A DNA stretch of 64,000 bases from Methylococcaceae bacterium (GTDB lineage: Bacteria; Pseudomonadota; Gammaproteobacteria; Methylococcales; Methylomonadaceae): positions 16,545 to 80,544 of the forward strand of contig JBNLBS010000019.1 of NCBI GenBank assembly GCA_050303415.1. The letters run 5' to 3'. The position numbers and the translations under genes are program-made. The notes under the pieces were generated by a model, which was not told where the DNA came from, did no database searches, and saw nothing but the letters and a program-made list of their open reading frames with translations. Within the stretch, counting starts at the first letter, position 1. Each line of letters begins with the position of its first letter. Positions 1 through 12,287 of the stretch are shown here, in pieces.

Positions 1-1
1 T

Positions 2-982
2 TTAAAGATCGTCAGGCGTCAGTTTATTTTGTATTTGTACAGCATAATTACCATCGGAAATACCAATTTTACCTTCAAAAACCGGTACACCAGCCGCCTT
101 TAATATTACCGTTTCAGGTAATTCCACAGGAATCACATCACCCTGCTTGAATTCCATAATCTGTTTCAATGGAAGTGTTTTTTCCAGCAATAAGCTATTC
201 ACTTCCACTTCTGTACGTAACAACTCAAAGCGCAAAGAATCCTGCCAACGACTATCTACTTCTCCACGATCACTGGATACCGCATCAAGCAAATCCCTGA
301 TTGGCTCAATCATTGAATACGGCATGGTGATATTAATGTCACCGCCACCACCTTCCAATTCAACATGAATTGTCGAGATAACCACAATTTCAGATGGGCT
401 GACTATATTGGCAAACTGCGGATTCACTTCGGAGTTCATATATTCCAAATCCACATCCATAACAGGCTTCCAGGCTTCTTTAATATCCTTAAAAATCATT
501 TCCATCATCATCCTGATGACGCGCATCTCAGTTGGAGTAAACTCCCGCCCTTCAACCTTATTATAAAATTGTCCGGTACCACCAAAAAAATTATCCACCG
601 CCGTAAAAACCAGTCGTGGCTCCATCACAATTAGAGCTCTCCCACGTAAAGGCGAAAATTTAATTACATTCAGATTGGTCGGAACAAACAAGCCCTGAAC
701 ATATTCAGAAAATTTTTGCACCTGAATACCGGAAATAGAGATTTCCGCCGAACGCCGCAAAAAGTTGAACAAGGTAATACGAAAATATCTGGCAAAGCGC
801 TCATTAATCATCTCCAGAGTCGGCATTCGACCACGAACGATACGCTCCTGACTGTTAAAGTCATAGCTTTTCGCTCCGGCATCAGTTTCCTGACCATCAC
901 CTTCAGTATCTATATCGCCATCATCAACACCATGCAATAAGGCATCGATTTCATCTTGTGAGAGTAAATCAGCTGTAGCCAT
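2..982 (-). CDS. fliM: Flagellar motor switch protein FliM (complete; stop at 2-4)
   Basis: Translation MATADLLSQDEIDALLHG...FliM N-terminal CheY-P binding motif and overall length ~326 aa; adjacent to fliL. Confidence 0.9.
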   Translation of the reverse strand: MATADLLSQDEIDALLHGVDDGDIDTEGDGQETDAGAKSYDFNSQERIVRGRMPTLEMINERFARYFRITLFNFLRRSAEISISGIQVQKFSEYVQGLFVPTNLNVIKFSPLRGRALIVMEPRLVFTAVDNFFGGTGQFYNKVEGREFTPTEMRVIRMMMEMIFKDIKEAWKPVMDVDLEYMNSEVNPQFANIVSPSEIVVISTIHVELEGGGGDINITMPYSMIEPIRDLLDAVSSDRGEVDSRWQDSLRFELLRTEVEVNSLLLEKTLPLKQIMEFKQGDVIPVELPETVILKAAGVPVFEGKIGISDGNYAVQIQNKLTPDDL

Positions 983-983
983 G

Positions 984-1481
984 TTATTGCATTACAAACG
1001 CTGTAAAAAAAACTTCTTTAATTTGAGTCTTTTCTTCCATTTTTTCCATTACCTTTATAATTTCCTGCTTGATCGCATTACGCAATTGTTCCTTGCCTTC
1101 TCGTGTAGCAAAGCCATTAACATCCTGGGAACCAATCAACATTAATAAATTATTTCGAATCATCGGTTCATGTTTGGTCAAAATATCCGGGGTTCCATCA
1201 TCCTCAACAAGTAATGACAAAGACACCTGTACAAGCTTGGCAATCGACCCCGAAGGAAAGTCTACAATTAAAGGGTCCGCCATATAAAAGTAAGTTTCAT
1301 TTTTAACGGCAACCTGCTCTTCATCAACAGAGTCTTTGGGCGTATCAGTCATTAAAAAAAAGTAAACCGCTATTCCACCCGCACTTAATAACAAGACGGT
1401 TGCTACTATTATGATCAGCTTTTTAAAGGAACGCTTTCCACCCTCTTCACCCAATTCAAATTCCTGCTCACTCTCTGCCAT
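984..1481 (-). CDS. fliL: Flagellar basal-body-associated protein FliL; real start probably the ATG at 1479-1481 (MAESEQ...) preceded by GGAGAAGGG RBS, not the TTG at 1499
   Basis: Single TM helix after charged N-terminus, FliL-like C-terminal domain, position upstream of fliM. Confidence 0.8.
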   Translation of the reverse strand: MAESEQEFELGEEGGKRSFKKLIIIVATVLLLSAGGIAVYFFLMTDTPKDSVDEEQVAVKNETYFYMADPLIVDFPSGSIAKLVQVSLSLLVEDDGTPDILTKHEPMIRNNLLMLIGSQDVNGFATREGKEQLRNAIKQEIIKVMEKMEEKTQIKEVFFTAFVMQ

Positions 1482-1771
1482 ATTAAGACCCTTCTCCAAT
1501 TTTTAAATGCAAGCAAAACCTAAGCCAAATTATATTATTTTATAAAAAACAATACATTACCAATGCGCTAGAAAATACCCTATCAATAAATGCTTTGTCA
1601 AAAAACAGATATTTGACGCTCGGCCACACTATCCACACCTATTTTAACCGACTATAGTACACAATTAATGGACAGTATATACATAAAGCATGATTTACTA
1701 CAGTCACAAAAAAAGGGTAAAACCATAAAAGTATTACCCTTATTTTAAATGTTTGATTCAACACATTACAT

Positions 1772-1972
1772 TTAAAATGCGCTCCCCGGTTTAACGCCCA
1801 TTTTTTTCAAAATTATCGCCAAGGGACAAAAGCCTGTTATTGCGGACTGTAATAAATTCAAACCGACAAAACCGGTAAACCATAGCCAATACAATGAATG
1901 TAAATGTGCCAGTAATACACTGGTTAAAATAAACATGCCCGCAACAGCCAATACCATTCGATCTATCGTCAT
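1772..1972 (-). CDS. Small inner-membrane protein, DUF2892/YgaP-like
   Basis: 66 aa, two TM segments, GFCP motif typical of DUF2892. Confidence 0.5.
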   Translation of the reverse strand: MTIDRMVLAVAGMFILTSVLLAHLHSLYWLWFTGFVGLNLLQSAITGFCPLAIILKKMGVKPGSAF

Positions 1973-2151
1973 AAAATCTCCTAGCTCTGATAAAACAAGT
2001 ACTAATTCTCGCTTCGTTAATGTAGCTTTAACAACCCAACATTAACTGCTATAATCATTCACTATTTTCACATCGTTCCATTTTATACTCACAAAAGCAC
2101 ACCTAATAATTTGATTTAAATAACAAATCCTCTTTTTAACGCATCAAGGAC

Positions 2152-2928
2152 TTGCTTATGTTAAAAGAAACTCAACTTTTTTCCATTCTGATTGCGGATG
2201 ACAATGAAATCAATCGTTTATTACTCAGTCATCAACTGGAACAGTACACGCAAAATATTACCATGGCCAAAAATGGAAATGAAGCTTTGGAATATTTTCA
2301 AAAAAACAAATTTGATCTTATCTTACTTGACCTGCAAATGCCCGGCTATAGCGGCTTTGAATTGATTAAACAATGCCGCGTTAAAGATTGTATTAACACC
2401 AATACACCAACCGTCGCTATAACCGCTCACGCCAGAGACAGCCAACGTAAAGATATCATCGCCCTGGGCTTTGATGAATGTCTGATAAAACCCGTATTAG
2501 CTGAACAGCTGGCTGAAATTATCAATCTATGGTTGCCGGAGAAACCCGAGGATAAAAATATATCGTCATCACCAGACTACATACAAATCATGTTAGACAA
2601 AACTAACTATAATTACGCACTTACTCACACGATATTCGACAAACTATTTAGCGAACTGCCCGAACAACTGGCTTCCATTAAAAACCTAATGGAAATAGAA
2701 CAATTTAAAAATGCAATGGATTTAGCTCACAAACTTTTAGGCACCGTCAGTTTTTGTGGTTTTAATGATATAAAAGAACCCTGTGCACAATTGGAAAGCG
2801 CTCTGTTAAACCAACAAAACTCTGAAGGATGGTACTATTTCAACCTGGTTCAAGAACGGACCGAGGAATTATGCGCTCAACAAGACGATATTATGAATAA
2901 ACTTAATAATGCACTGAGCCCACAATAA
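2152..2928 (+). CDS. Response-regulator receiver domain fused to C-terminal Hpt (histidine phosphotransfer) domain
   Basis: N-terminal ILIADDNEINRLLL...LDLQMPGYSGFEL receiver signature with conserved Asp; C-terminal helical Hpt-like region. Confidence 0.7.
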   Translation: MLMLKETQLFSILIADDNEINRLLLSHQLEQYTQNITMAKNGNEALEYFQKNKFDLILLDLQMPGYSGFELIKQCRVKDCINTNTPTVAITAHARDSQRKDIIALGFDECLIKPVLAEQLAEIINLWLPEKPEDKNISSSPDYIQIMLDKTNYNYALTHTIFDKLFSELPEQLASIKNLMEIEQFKNAMDLAHKLLGTVSFCGFNDIKEPCAQLESALLNQQNSEGWYYFNLVQERTEELCAQQDDIMNKLNNALSPQ

Positions 2929-2945
2929 GCCCATTTATTTTAAGC

Positions 2946-2980
2946 TATAAAAAAAGCCCTTTCGGGCTTTTTTTATAGCT
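2946..2980. terminator. Bidirectional rho-independent terminator between the convergent receiver/Hpt gene and fimV
   Basis: AAAAAGCCCTTTCGGGCTTTTT perfect hairpin flanked by A-run and T-run. Confidence 0.7.
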
Positions 2981-2994
2981 AAATGCTTAACACT

Positions 2995-5919
2995 TTAACC
3001 TAAACTGTCGATTATCGATTGAGCCACTTCTTTTTGTTTTTCATTCCCTTTCTCTAAAACTTCCCGGGCCATTGACTCAGCTGCTTCCTTATCATCCATT
3101 CCCAAATAGGCTCTTGCTAAATCAATCTTGGTTTCAAATTCATCCATGTCGGTTAGGTCAGTAACATTTTGCTCTGAACTCTGCTCTTGATTTTCAGTAT
3201 CAGGAAAATCAAGATCAAAATCGAAGTCGGATTCATCAATTGTCTTTTCCTCTTCAGCGTCAGATTCTTGTTCCAAGCCTTCCGGTAATTCAAGCGAATC
3301 TAATGAAATGCCTGACTCTTCTGTCTTCTCAAGAGTTCCTTCCTCCTCAAGAGGCAACTCAAAATCAAAATCTATTGATTCAATTTCTTCAGTATTTTCC
3401 GATGCAGCCTGTACTGAACTATCTGATGTATCAGCGACGTTTTCATTCGGCAAATCCAGTGAATCTAAATCAAAGTCCAGTGTCCGGTCTTCAGCTATTT
3501 CAGGCTTTTCCTTAGCCTCAACCTGCATATCGGAGTCCAAATCAAAGCTATCCAAATCAAAGTCTAACGTATGATTATCAATTTCCTGCACAGTCTCAGT
3601 CTCGGCCTTTATCTCAGTGACAGAGTCAGCCATAAAACTTTCTTCCGGTTCAGCTTCTGATGATTGCACCTCATCCTTCGGCTCATCAACAGCGGGTTCT
3701 TTTTCCAAATCCTCCGCCATAATATCTTCAACCGAATCATCTAAAGATAAATCAAAATCCAAAGCATCCAAGTCATCCGTATCCTCAAACTCTGACTGCT
3801 TTTCCTGTTCAAGATCATCATTTACCTGCTCAGCAGGGGATGCCTTTGCTTCTGTGTCGGAAGCTGCATTTTCAGCTGTCGTTCCAGCTTCGGACAAGCT
3901 TAACTCCGAATCAGGACTGAGTTCTTTTCTCATCTCCAACAACTTATCCCAAAAAGCACTGTCTTCCTGCTTTCCTTCGGCGGCCAGCTGATTACTATAC
4001 TCGTCAAACGCCTGCAAATTTTCATTGGCATAAAAAATTTCAAGCAATTTTAATTTGCATTCATCGCGCTCCGGCTGATCTATTATTGCCTGACGCATTA
4101 ATTCTTCAGCTTGTTGATACCGACCATAAGCTAAATAAACATCTGCTTCAGAGACGGGGTCCACTTCCGTTTGTTCGGTTTCAAAAGCATCAAAATCTGT
4201 TGCTGAAGAAAAATCGCTGATAAACGAACTTTCGCCAGTATTGCCGATATCATAACTGGCATTATCTTCCATAATAGGAACAGCCAGCGCTTCATCCGTA
4301 TTAGGCAGATTAATTTCAGACGTTGCAGCAAACATGCTTTCGCTATTGGTTTGCTCCTCAACTTTGCGCTTACGCCACCACAACACACCTAATCCGCCAA
4401 AAATTAGTGCCGCCCCCCCTGCAATAATCCATGTAAACAGTCCTATTCCCGAATCATCCGTTATAACTTCGGGTTTTGGTTTTACTCTTGTACGTACTTT
4501 TTCTTTTTTCGGTTCTTCGGATTTGATTACAGCGGGCTTGCTTGCCTCAGGAGTCGCTTCCGGTTTTTTTACTGTGGGTTTGGCTGCAGTAGCCGGTGCA
4601 GTAGTAGCTGTCGCTGTTGTTGATGCAACTTTTCCCTGGTCACCCTGTGTCTGCTGTGCTACTTGTTTTGAAGTTTCCTCTGCAACCTGATCCGGTTGAA
4701 TACTTGTCTGTGATTTTGCAACTGAATCGATTGACGCCTTCTCTTCTTCACTTACTGTTGCTTCCTTCGGCTGTGTTCTATTTTGTAATGCAGCTATCTG
4801 GGCATCTTTTAATGCCAACATTTTCTGCATCATCATCAGTTGCTGTTCCAGGCGCTCTAACTTAATTCTCAAACTAGCCGTTTCTTCAGTCTCAGCAGTT
4901 TTTGTTTCAACAGTCACTGCCGTTTCATCAACCTTAGCACCTTCATCACCCGGCACATCATCCGTCTCACCGGCGGCCAGAACAACATCTTCTGCAATAT
5001 CCTCTTCTGTTGGTGCAACTAACGTTAATTTACTGTCAATTTCCGGTTGTTTCTCCTCAGCAACTGGTTCAGACTTTTTCTCAGAAACCGGTTGTATCCG
5101 GCCCTGCCACACTTTATTTTGTCTGTTATACTCCGCCAACGCCTGCGTACGTGAAATTTTAATAATTTCATTCTTTTCAGGAACGTCTATAGAGGCATTT
5201 GCCATCAGGGCATTAATATTCTTCTTATAGAAAGCTTTCGGATTTGCCTCATATAAAGCAATAACCATCTGTTCCGTGGCAACATCATCATTATTATTGA
5301 CCCTTTCAGCCACTTTCCAAAGCGTATCGCCTTTATCAGCAGTTGTCGTCTTTACCTGTCCCTCTGTTGTCACGGCAGTCTGCTGCACTTCCTTAGCAGG
5401 AGCCTCCGGTGACTCCACCTGAAAGTCCTTAGTCACAGCCGCCGCTTTAGGTTCAGTTTTTTCAACAGCAGGTTTGGACGTTACGGTTACTGGCACCACA
5501 GTTTGCTGATAAGTAGCCGGTGGATCCACCAAAACTGTAAATTCACGATAAAGCCTGCCTTTAGGCCAGGTTACCTCCAGCATAAAATCAAGAAAGGGCT
5601 CTTTTAAAGCTTCTGATGATGTTAGCTTGATACTAATTGAACCATCTGCTCGAGCTATTTTTTCAAATTTAATTTTTGATAAAAAATAGTTCCAGGTAAT
5701 ACCGGCTTCGTCAAACTTATCAGGAGAAGCCAGTTTTACCTTAATATCATCAATATGCTCACCAACGGAAACTTCCAAACCGATCTCTGCATCGAGATTT
5801 TGATTAAGAGCCGAATGCAATTTTATATCGCCAATTCCCAATGGATACCCGCTCGCCGGAGCCAATAACGATACTAGCGCTATAGTCTTAGTTAAATTGC
5901 GCACTACATTCTCCTTCAC
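2995..5919 (-). CDS. fimV: FimV/HubP-like polar landmark protein (N-terminal periplasmic FimV domain with LysM, TM helix, very acidic repeat-rich cytoplasmic region, C-terminal TPR/FimV-C motif)
   Basis: N-terminus MKENVVRNLTKTIALVSLL...FTVLVDPP matches the FimV N-domain. LysM-like GDTLWKVAERV is present. D/E-rich low-complexity repeats follow a single TM (FGGLGVLWWRKRK). Conserved asd-leuB neighbours, as in Pseudomonas and Vibrio. Confidence 0.8.
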   Translation of the reverse strand: MKENVVRNLTKTIALVSLLAPASGYPLGIGDIKLHSALNQNLDAEIGLEVSVGEHIDDIKVKLASPDKFDEAGITWNYFLSKIKFEKIARADGSISIKLTSSEALKEPFLDFMLEVTWPKGRLYREFTVLVDPPATYQQTVVPVTVTSKPAVEKTEPKAAAVTKDFQVESPEAPAKEVQQTAVTTEGQVKTTTADKGDTLWKVAERVNNNDDVATEQMVIALYEANPKAFYKKNINALMANASIDVPEKNEIIKISRTQALAEYNRQNKVWQGRIQPVSEKKSEPVAEEKQPEIDSKLTLVAPTEEDIAEDVVLAAGETDDVPGDEGAKVDETAVTVETKTAETEETASLRIKLERLEQQLMMMQKMLALKDAQIAALQNRTQPKEATVSEEEKASIDSVAKSQTSIQPDQVAEETSKQVAQQTQGDQGKVASTTATATTAPATAAKPTVKKPEATPEASKPAVIKSEEPKKEKVRTRVKPKPEVITDDSGIGLFTWIIAGGAALIFGGLGVLWWRKRKVEEQTNSESMFAATSEINLPNTDEALAVPIMEDNASYDIGNTGESSFISDFSSATDFDAFETEQTEVDPVSEADVYLAYGRYQQAEELMRQAIIDQPERDECKLKLLEIFYANENLQAFDEYSNQLAAEGKQEDSAFWDKLLEMRKELSPDSELSLSEAGTTAENAASDTEAKASPAEQVNDDLEQEKQSEFEDTDDLDALDFDLSLDDSVEDIMAEDLEKEPAVDEPKDEVQSSEAEPEESFMADSVTEIKAETETVQEIDNHTLDFDLDSFDLDSDMQVEAKEKPEIAEDRTLDFDLDSLDLPNENVADTSDSSVQAASENTEEIESIDFDFELPLEEEGTLEKTEESGISLDSLELPEGLEQESDAEEEKTIDESDFDFDLDFPDTENQEQSSEQNVTDLTDMDEFETKIDLARAYLGMDDKEAAESMAREVLEKGNEKQKEVAQSIIDSLG

Positions 5920-5973
5920 ACAAATTCGCCATACTCTCTATCTATAACAATAAAATATACAACTAAGCTTAGC

Positions 5974-6996
5974 CTAGATGTAATTTTTTACTAGTTCTTC
6001 GGCAATTTGAACGCTATTTAATGCCGCTCCTTTACGAACATTATCTCCAACCACCCATAAATCAATACCTTTTGGATGTGAAATATCTTCGCGAATCCGG
6101 CCAACAAAAACATCATCATTCCCTGAAGACTCGGTAACAGCCGTTGGATATCCGCCATCTTTATGCTCATCCATTACCGTTACACCAGGCGCGTTAATTA
6201 ATAAATTGCGCACACTGTCTGCATCAATTTTATTTCGTGTTTCAATATGCACAGCTTCAGAGTGACCATAAAAAACCGGCACCCTAACCGCAGTAGGGTT
6301 GACATTGATAGTTTCATCACCCAGAATTTTGCGCGTCTCCCAAACCATTTTCATTTCTTCTTTGGTATAGCCATTGTCCATAAACACATCAATTTGCGGC
6401 AATACATTAAAAGCAATCTGCTTTGGATAAACTTTTGCTTCAATTGGCTTACCATTCAAAAGCCTAGAGGTTTGTTGAACAACCTCCTCTATACCTTGCT
6501 TCCCCGTACCGGAAACCGCCTGATAAGTACAAACATTGATTCGCTCAATACCCACCGCATCATAAATCGGTTTTAATGCCACTAACATTTGAATTGTGGA
6601 ACAATTCGGGTTGGCAATAATCCCTCTCGTCGTGTATTCAGCAACTTTATCCGGGTTAACCTCAGGGACCACCAGGGGAATATCATCGTCATAACGAAAT
6701 TGTGAGGTGTTATCAATCACCACACAACCTGCTGCCGCAGCTTTAGGAGCATATTCAGCAGAAATGGACGCGCCGGCAGAAAACAATCCGATTTGAACTT
6801 TGGAAAAATCAAATTCGGCCAAATCCTGAACCGTTAAACTGCCGCCATTAAAGGCTATTTTCTTTCCCACCGAACGACTACTGGCCAGGGCATATACCTC
6901 ACCGACTGGAAATTTACGTTCTTCCAGTATTGACAACATGGCTTCACCAACCGCACCGGTTGCACCGACAACGGCAACATTATATTTTTTACTCAT
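5974..6996 (-). CDS. asd: Aspartate-semialdehyde dehydrogenase
   Basis: [21 protein letters not shown]-binding motif, 340 aa, active-site Cys region. Confidence 0.92.
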   Translation of the reverse strand: MSKKYNVAVVGATGAVGEAMLSILEERKFPVGEVYALASSRSVGKKIAFNGGSLTVQDLAEFDFSKVQIGLFSAGASISAEYAPKAAAAGCVVIDNTSQFRYDDDIPLVVPEVNPDKVAEYTTRGIIANPNCSTIQMLVALKPIYDAVGIERINVCTYQAVSGTGKQGIEEVVQQTSRLLNGKPIEAKVYPKQIAFNVLPQIDVFMDNGYTKEEMKMVWETRKILGDETINVNPTAVRVPVFYGHSEAVHIETRNKIDADSVRNLLINAPGVTVMDEHKDGGYPTAVTESSGNDDVFVGRIREDISHPKGIDLWVVGDNVRKGAALNSVQIAEELVKNYI

Positions 6997-8084
6997 TAAA
7001 CTGCTCCATTCTGTAAGGCGGCAACAATCGCATCACCCATTTCAGATGTATTCACTTTTCTCATACCCTCAGAATATATATCCTCGGTACGAATATTTGC
7101 ATCCAATGCAGCATTAACTGCCGCTTCAATTCTATCTGCGGCTTCCGCCTCATCAAAGGTATAACGCAACATCATTGCTGCGGACAGAATAGTTGCAATC
7201 GGATTGGCAATACCCTGTCCTGCAATATCCGGTGCTGAACCATGAATCGGCTCATACATACCCTTACCATTAGCATCTAACGACGCCGATGGCAGCATGC
7301 CAATCGAACCGGTCAACATTGCAGCGGTATCTGACAAGATATCACCGAACATATTGGTGGTAACCATCACATCAAACTGCTTCGGGGCCCTAACCAACTG
7401 CATGGAAGCATTATCAACATACATATGAGTAACGTCTACATCCGGATAATCTTTTGCCACTTCATCAACCACTTCTCGCCACAATTCCGTGCACTCCAAC
7501 ACATTTGCCTTATCCACAGAACATAAGCGTTTATTACGCTTTTGTGCAATGTCAAAGGCTGAATGAGCGATACGCCTTATTTCCGACTCGGTATAAACCA
7601 GCGTGTTATACCCCTGACGCTCACCATCTTCCAGTATTTTTATGCCGCGAGGCTGGCCAAAATAAATACCACCGGTTAACTCTCTTACAATCATTAAATC
7701 CAAACCGGAAACCACTTCCGGTTTTAAGGTAGACGCATCCACCAATTGTGGATATAGAATGGCCGGCCGTAAATTGGAAAACAATTCCAATACCGATCTT
7801 AAACCCAGCAAACCTTTTTCCGGTCTAAGCGCAATATCCAACGACTCCCATTTTCGCCCCCCAACTGCACCCAATAACACGGCATCTGCTTGTTTAACCA
7901 ACTCTATAGTGTGCTGTGGAAACGGCGAACCATACTCATCAAAGGCTGCCCCACCGATTAAGCCATTTTCAAACTCCAGACCCAAACCCATTTGATTATT
8001 TAAACACTGCAAAACCTTAATCGCTTCTGCAATGATTTCCGGGCCTATCCCGTCCCCCGGTAGAACTGCAATTTTTTTCGTCAT
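6996..8084 (-). CDS. leuB: 3-isopropylmalate dehydrogenase
   Basis: [17 protein letters not shown]..., 362 aa, leuCDB synteny. Confidence 0.93.
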   Translation of the reverse strand: MTKKIAVLPGDGIGPEIIAEAIKVLQCLNNQMGLGLEFENGLIGGAAFDEYGSPFPQHTIELVKQADAVLLGAVGGRKWESLDIALRPEKGLLGLRSVLELFSNLRPAILYPQLVDASTLKPEVVSGLDLMIVRELTGGIYFGQPRGIKILEDGERQGYNTLVYTESEIRRIAHSAFDIAQKRNKRLCSVDKANVLECTELWREVVDEVAKDYPDVDVTHMYVDNASMQLVRAPKQFDVMVTTNMFGDILSDTAAMLTGSIGMLPSASLDANGKGMYEPIHGSAPDIAGQGIANPIATILSAAMMLRYTFDEAEAADRIEAAVNAALDANIRTEDIYSEGMRKVNTSEMGDAIVAALQNGAV

Positions 8085-8126
8085 TAATTAACCCTATTTT
8101 CGTACAAATTGTTGTTTGTCAGAATA

Positions 8127-8762
8127 TTAATCAGCAAACAACCATGGTGCTCTTTTCGCACGTTCTTTTTCATAGGCTTTGATTTTGTCGGCATGTTGCA
8201 GAGATAAGGCAATATCATCCAAACCATTTAACAGGCGATATCTGCGATTTTCATCGACCTCAAAACTCAAACTGCGGCCTGACGGTGTGGTAATGGTTTG
8301 CTGTTCCAAATCAATGGTTAATTGGTAGCCGGGCTCCAGTTCCTTAAACAATTCATCGACCAGGTCGGCAGCCAGAACAATCGGCAACAAACCGTTCTTA
8401 AAACAGTTGTTATAAAAAATATCGGCAAAACTGGGCGCTATAATGGCTCTAAAACCATAATCCTCCAATGCCCAGGGTGCATGCTCTCGGGATGAACCAC
8501 AGCCGAAATTTTCCCGGGTTAATAAAATCTCAGCGCCTTGATATTCAGGCTTGTTCAAGACAAAATCCTGATTCAAAGGTCGGTTGGTACAATCCATTTC
8601 CGGCTCACCATGATCCAGATACCGCCATTCATCAAATAAATAGGGGCCAAAACCGGCACGTCTGATGGATTTTAAAAACTGCTTGGGAATAATGGCATCT
8701 GTATCTATGTTTGCCCTATCCAAAGGTGCAACCAATGCGCTTACTTTTTTAAATGCTTTCAT
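8127..8762 (-). CDS. leuD: 3-isopropylmalate dehydratase small subunit
   Basis: 211 aa, aconitase swivel domain, downstream of leuC. Confidence 0.92.
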   Translation of the reverse strand: MKAFKKVSALVAPLDRANIDTDAIIPKQFLKSIRRAGFGPYLFDEWRYLDHGEPEMDCTNRPLNQDFVLNKPEYQGAEILLTRENFGCGSSREHAPWALEDYGFRAIIAPSFADIFYNNCFKNGLLPIVLAADLVDELFKELEPGYQLTIDLEQQTITTPSGRSLSFEVDENRRYRLLNGLDDIALSLQHADKIKAYEKERAKRAPWLFAD

Positions 8763-8777
8763 GACTACAACACCTGA

Positions 8778-10181
8778 TTAAAGAGATCTGACATCAACAA
8801 AATGACCGGCTATAGCCGCGGCTGCCGCCATAGCAGGGCTAACCAGATGAGTACGACCACCGTATCCTTGTCTGCCTTCAAAATTACGGTTGGAGGTTGA
8901 AGCACAACGCTCTCCTTCGTCCAGCCTGTCGGCATTCATAGCCAAACACATGGAGCAACCCGGCTCACGCCATTCAAACCCTGCGTCAATAAAGATTTTG
9001 TCCAGACCTTCCGCTTCGGCTTGCTGTTTAATCAAACCGGAGCCCGGTACCATTAAAGCCAGCTTGATATTATCAGCCACCTTTTTGCCCTTGATCACTT
9101 CTGCAGCGGCACGAATATCTTCAATTCTTGAATTGGTACACGAACCGATAAACACCTTATCCAGCTTAATATCGGTAATCGCCTGCCCTGCTTTAAGATC
9201 CATATATTGCAATGCTCGCGTAATACTTTGCTTTTTAACTTCATCGGCTTCATTAGCCGGATCCGGCACCACATCATCAATCGCTACCACCATCTCCGGC
9301 GACGTCCCCCAAGTGACTTGCGGTTTAATGCTGGCAGCATCGAATTCAATCACTTTATCAAATACCGCATCAGCATCAGAATGCAATTGACGCCACATAC
9401 GTTCAGCCATAAACCAGTCATCACCCTTCGGAGATAAAGGCCGGTCTCGATAATAATCGATAGTAGTATCATCGACCGCGATTAAACCTGCACGGGCACC
9501 GGCTTCGATCGCCATATTACAGACAGTCATTCTGCCTTCCATCGACAACGCCTGAATCGCCTCACCGGCAAACTCGATGGCATAGCCGGTACCACCGGCA
9601 GTACCGATTTCACCAATAATGGCCAACACAATATCTTTGGCCGTGATACCGGCTTTAACCTGACCATTGACTTTTATCAGCAGATTTTTCGATTTTTTCT
9701 GCATCAAACACTGCGTAGCCAAGGCATGTTCCACTTCTGATGTCCCTATACCGAACGCTAAAGCCCCGGATGCGCCATGGGTTGAAGTATGCGAGTCACC
9801 ACAAACCACTGTCATACCGGGTAAAGTGGCGCCTTGTTCCGGCCCCACAACATGGACGATGCCCTGACGGATATCAGCCATATTAAACTCGGTAATACCG
9901 AACTCGGTACAGTTCTTTTCCAGCGTTTCCACCTGTAGACGGGAAACCGGATCAACGATGCCTTCATTCCGGTCGGTCGTAGGTACATTATGATCGGCCA
10001 CCGCCAGATTTCTTGACGTACGCCAGGGTTGCCTTCCGGCCAGACGCAAACCTTCAAATGCCTGAGGTGAAGTCACCTCATGGACTAATTGACGATCAAT
10101 ATAAATAAGGCAGGAACCATCATCTTCTGTATAAACAACATGATCGTCCCATAATTTGTCATATAAAGTTTTACCTGACAT
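8778..10181 (-). CDS. leuC: 3-isopropylmalate dehydratase large subunit
   Basis: [16 protein letters not shown]... 467 aa, Fe-S cluster Cys residues of the aconitase family. Confidence 0.93.
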   Translation of the reverse strand: MSGKTLYDKLWDDHVVYTEDDGSCLIYIDRQLVHEVTSPQAFEGLRLAGRQPWRTSRNLAVADHNVPTTDRNEGIVDPVSRLQVETLEKNCTEFGITEFNMADIRQGIVHVVGPEQGATLPGMTVVCGDSHTSTHGASGALAFGIGTSEVEHALATQCLMQKKSKNLLIKVNGQVKAGITAKDIVLAIIGEIGTAGGTGYAIEFAGEAIQALSMEGRMTVCNMAIEAGARAGLIAVDDTTIDYYRDRPLSPKGDDWFMAERMWRQLHSDADAVFDKVIEFDAASIKPQVTWGTSPEMVVAIDDVVPDPANEADEVKKQSITRALQYMDLKAGQAITDIKLDKVFIGSCTNSRIEDIRAAAEVIKGKKVADNIKLALMVPGSGLIKQQAEAEGLDKIFIDAGFEWREPGCSMCLAMNADRLDEGERCASTSNRNFEGRQGYGGRTHLVSPAMAAAAAIAGHFVDVRSL

Positions 10182-10258
10182 AGAAGCTTCTTTAGTATCG
10201 TTACTACAACTGTTTGCAATAAATTATTCCACTGTAAAACAAGCGAAATAAACCTGAA

Positions 10259-10924
<666 letters not shown>

Positions 10925-11067
10925 TTAAAATTATAAATCGTAAAAATATTAAGGTATTTTTACCAGTCAACGTCTATTTTATAACAAATAGATGGTTTAA
11001 TCTCTTGTAAAAAAAGCTTCACTTCCTTATTCTTAGCACTTTGACATCAATTCTGGAGAAAAAAATT

Positions 11068-11541
11068 ATGCGCGTCGGAGATTTAATGACCACACAAGTG
11101 TTTACTGTCGAACCGCATGACATGATTGATCGCGTTTTTTTCTTGATTCATTATGAAAAAATTCGCCATTTACCCGTCATAGAAAAAGGTAAAGTAGTGG
11201 GTATCGTATCCGATAGAGATCTATACAAAACACTAGGCCCAAAAAGCAATTCCAATACAATTACAACAGCCGCTCCCGGTAGCACCGAACTTCATGTTAT
11301 TCCCAAAAAAGTTCAAAATATCATGCACCGTGGCGTGATTACCGTTACTGCTGACACCTATGCTTCAGAAGCAGCAGCATTAATGGCCGACAAAAAAATC
11401 GGCGCACTTCCTGTGGTCGATGACAAAAACAAAATTATCGGCATATTATCGGCTACTGATATTCTGAGAGTCTTTTCCAAAATTGAAAAAGCCAAAGAAA
11501 AAAGAGAAGAAAGAATTGCTGCCGGTGTAAGTCACACATAG
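11068..11541 (+). CDS. CBS-domain pair protein; start at ATG 11068 after GGAGAAAAAAATT
   Basis: Two CBS repeats (DLMTTQVFTV..., GALPVVDDKNKIIGILSATDILR). Confidence 0.7.
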   Translation: MRVGDLMTTQVFTVEPHDMIDRVFFLIHYEKIRHLPVIEKGKVVGIVSDRDLYKTLGPKSNSNTITTAAPGSTELHVIPKKVQNIMHRGVITVTADTYASEAAALMADKKIGALPVVDDKNKIIGILSATDILRVFSKIEKAKEKREERIAAGVSHT

Positions 11542-11606
11542 AACAACAGAGCAACATGTATTAGATTAAAAGCCCCTCATAATGGGGCTTTTTTAATGGA
11601 AAAAGC

Positions 11607-12173
11607 ATGGACACAGAAAATATTATTGCGCAAACCCAGTTATGGCTGGAAAAAGTTATTATTGCTTACAATATCTGCCCATTTGCCAAACCCGTACAGC
11701 AACAACGGCGAATACACTACATTGTTATCTGCAGCAATGATATAGAATCCGGTTTGCAAGCATTAATCCAGGCCTGCCATCAGCTGGATACCGAGACAAA
11801 AATTGAAACCACGTTGCTCATTTACCCAAACGCCTTTAGCAAATTTGACGACTACCTGGAGTTTTTAGACTATGCCAACGCACTGTTAGTTGACCAAGGC
11901 TATGAAGGCATTTACCAACTGGCCAGCTTTCATCCCGACTATTGTTTTCAAAATGCACCGGATGATGACCCGGCCAACTACACCAACCGTTCACCTTATC
12001 CAATGCTGCATCTGATCCGCGAGGCCAGCATAGAAAAAGCCCTGCAAAGTTACCCGGATCCGGAACAAATTCCACAACGCAATATAAAACTAACCCGAAA
12101 ACTGGGGCTAAAAAAAATGCAGGACCTGCTAGCAGCTTGCTATCAAACTTCAGTCGCAAAAAACGATAACTAA
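11607..12173 (+). CDS. Conserved hypothetical protein (DUF1415-like)
   Basis: 188 aa soluble protein with ICPFAKP motif; family assignment from memory only. Confidence 0.35.
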   Translation: MDTENIIAQTQLWLEKVIIAYNICPFAKPVQQQRRIHYIVICSNDIESGLQALIQACHQLDTETKIETTLLIYPNAFSKFDDYLEFLDYANALLVDQGYEGIYQLASFHPDYCFQNAPDDDPANYTNRSPYPMLHLIREASIEKALQSYPDPEQIPQRNIKLTRKLGLKKMQDLLAACYQTSVAKNDN

Positions 12174-12287
12174 TAACCTCCGGCTTCGGCACATTATGAG
12201 TTCGGTGATTAAATTGTTTGCATAGACTTATGTTCGGAAAAATATTGACACATCATATTCGATTCACTATCTTTCATAACACACAGT

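Noticed and set aside
3240-4865. Several + strand ORFs (3240-3515, 3308-3574, 3617-3991, 4334-4690, 4617-4865) inside the fimV region
   Set aside because: They are low-complexity S/K/A-rich translations antisense to the acidic repeat region of FimV. They have no RBS and no domain signature, and are fully overlapped by a well-supported gene.
8468-10057. Multiple antisense or overlapping ORFs inside leuC and leuD (e.g. 8890-9390, 9207-9437, 9812-10057)
   Set aside because: They are fully embedded in highly conserved genes on the opposite strand or in a shifted frame and have no support.
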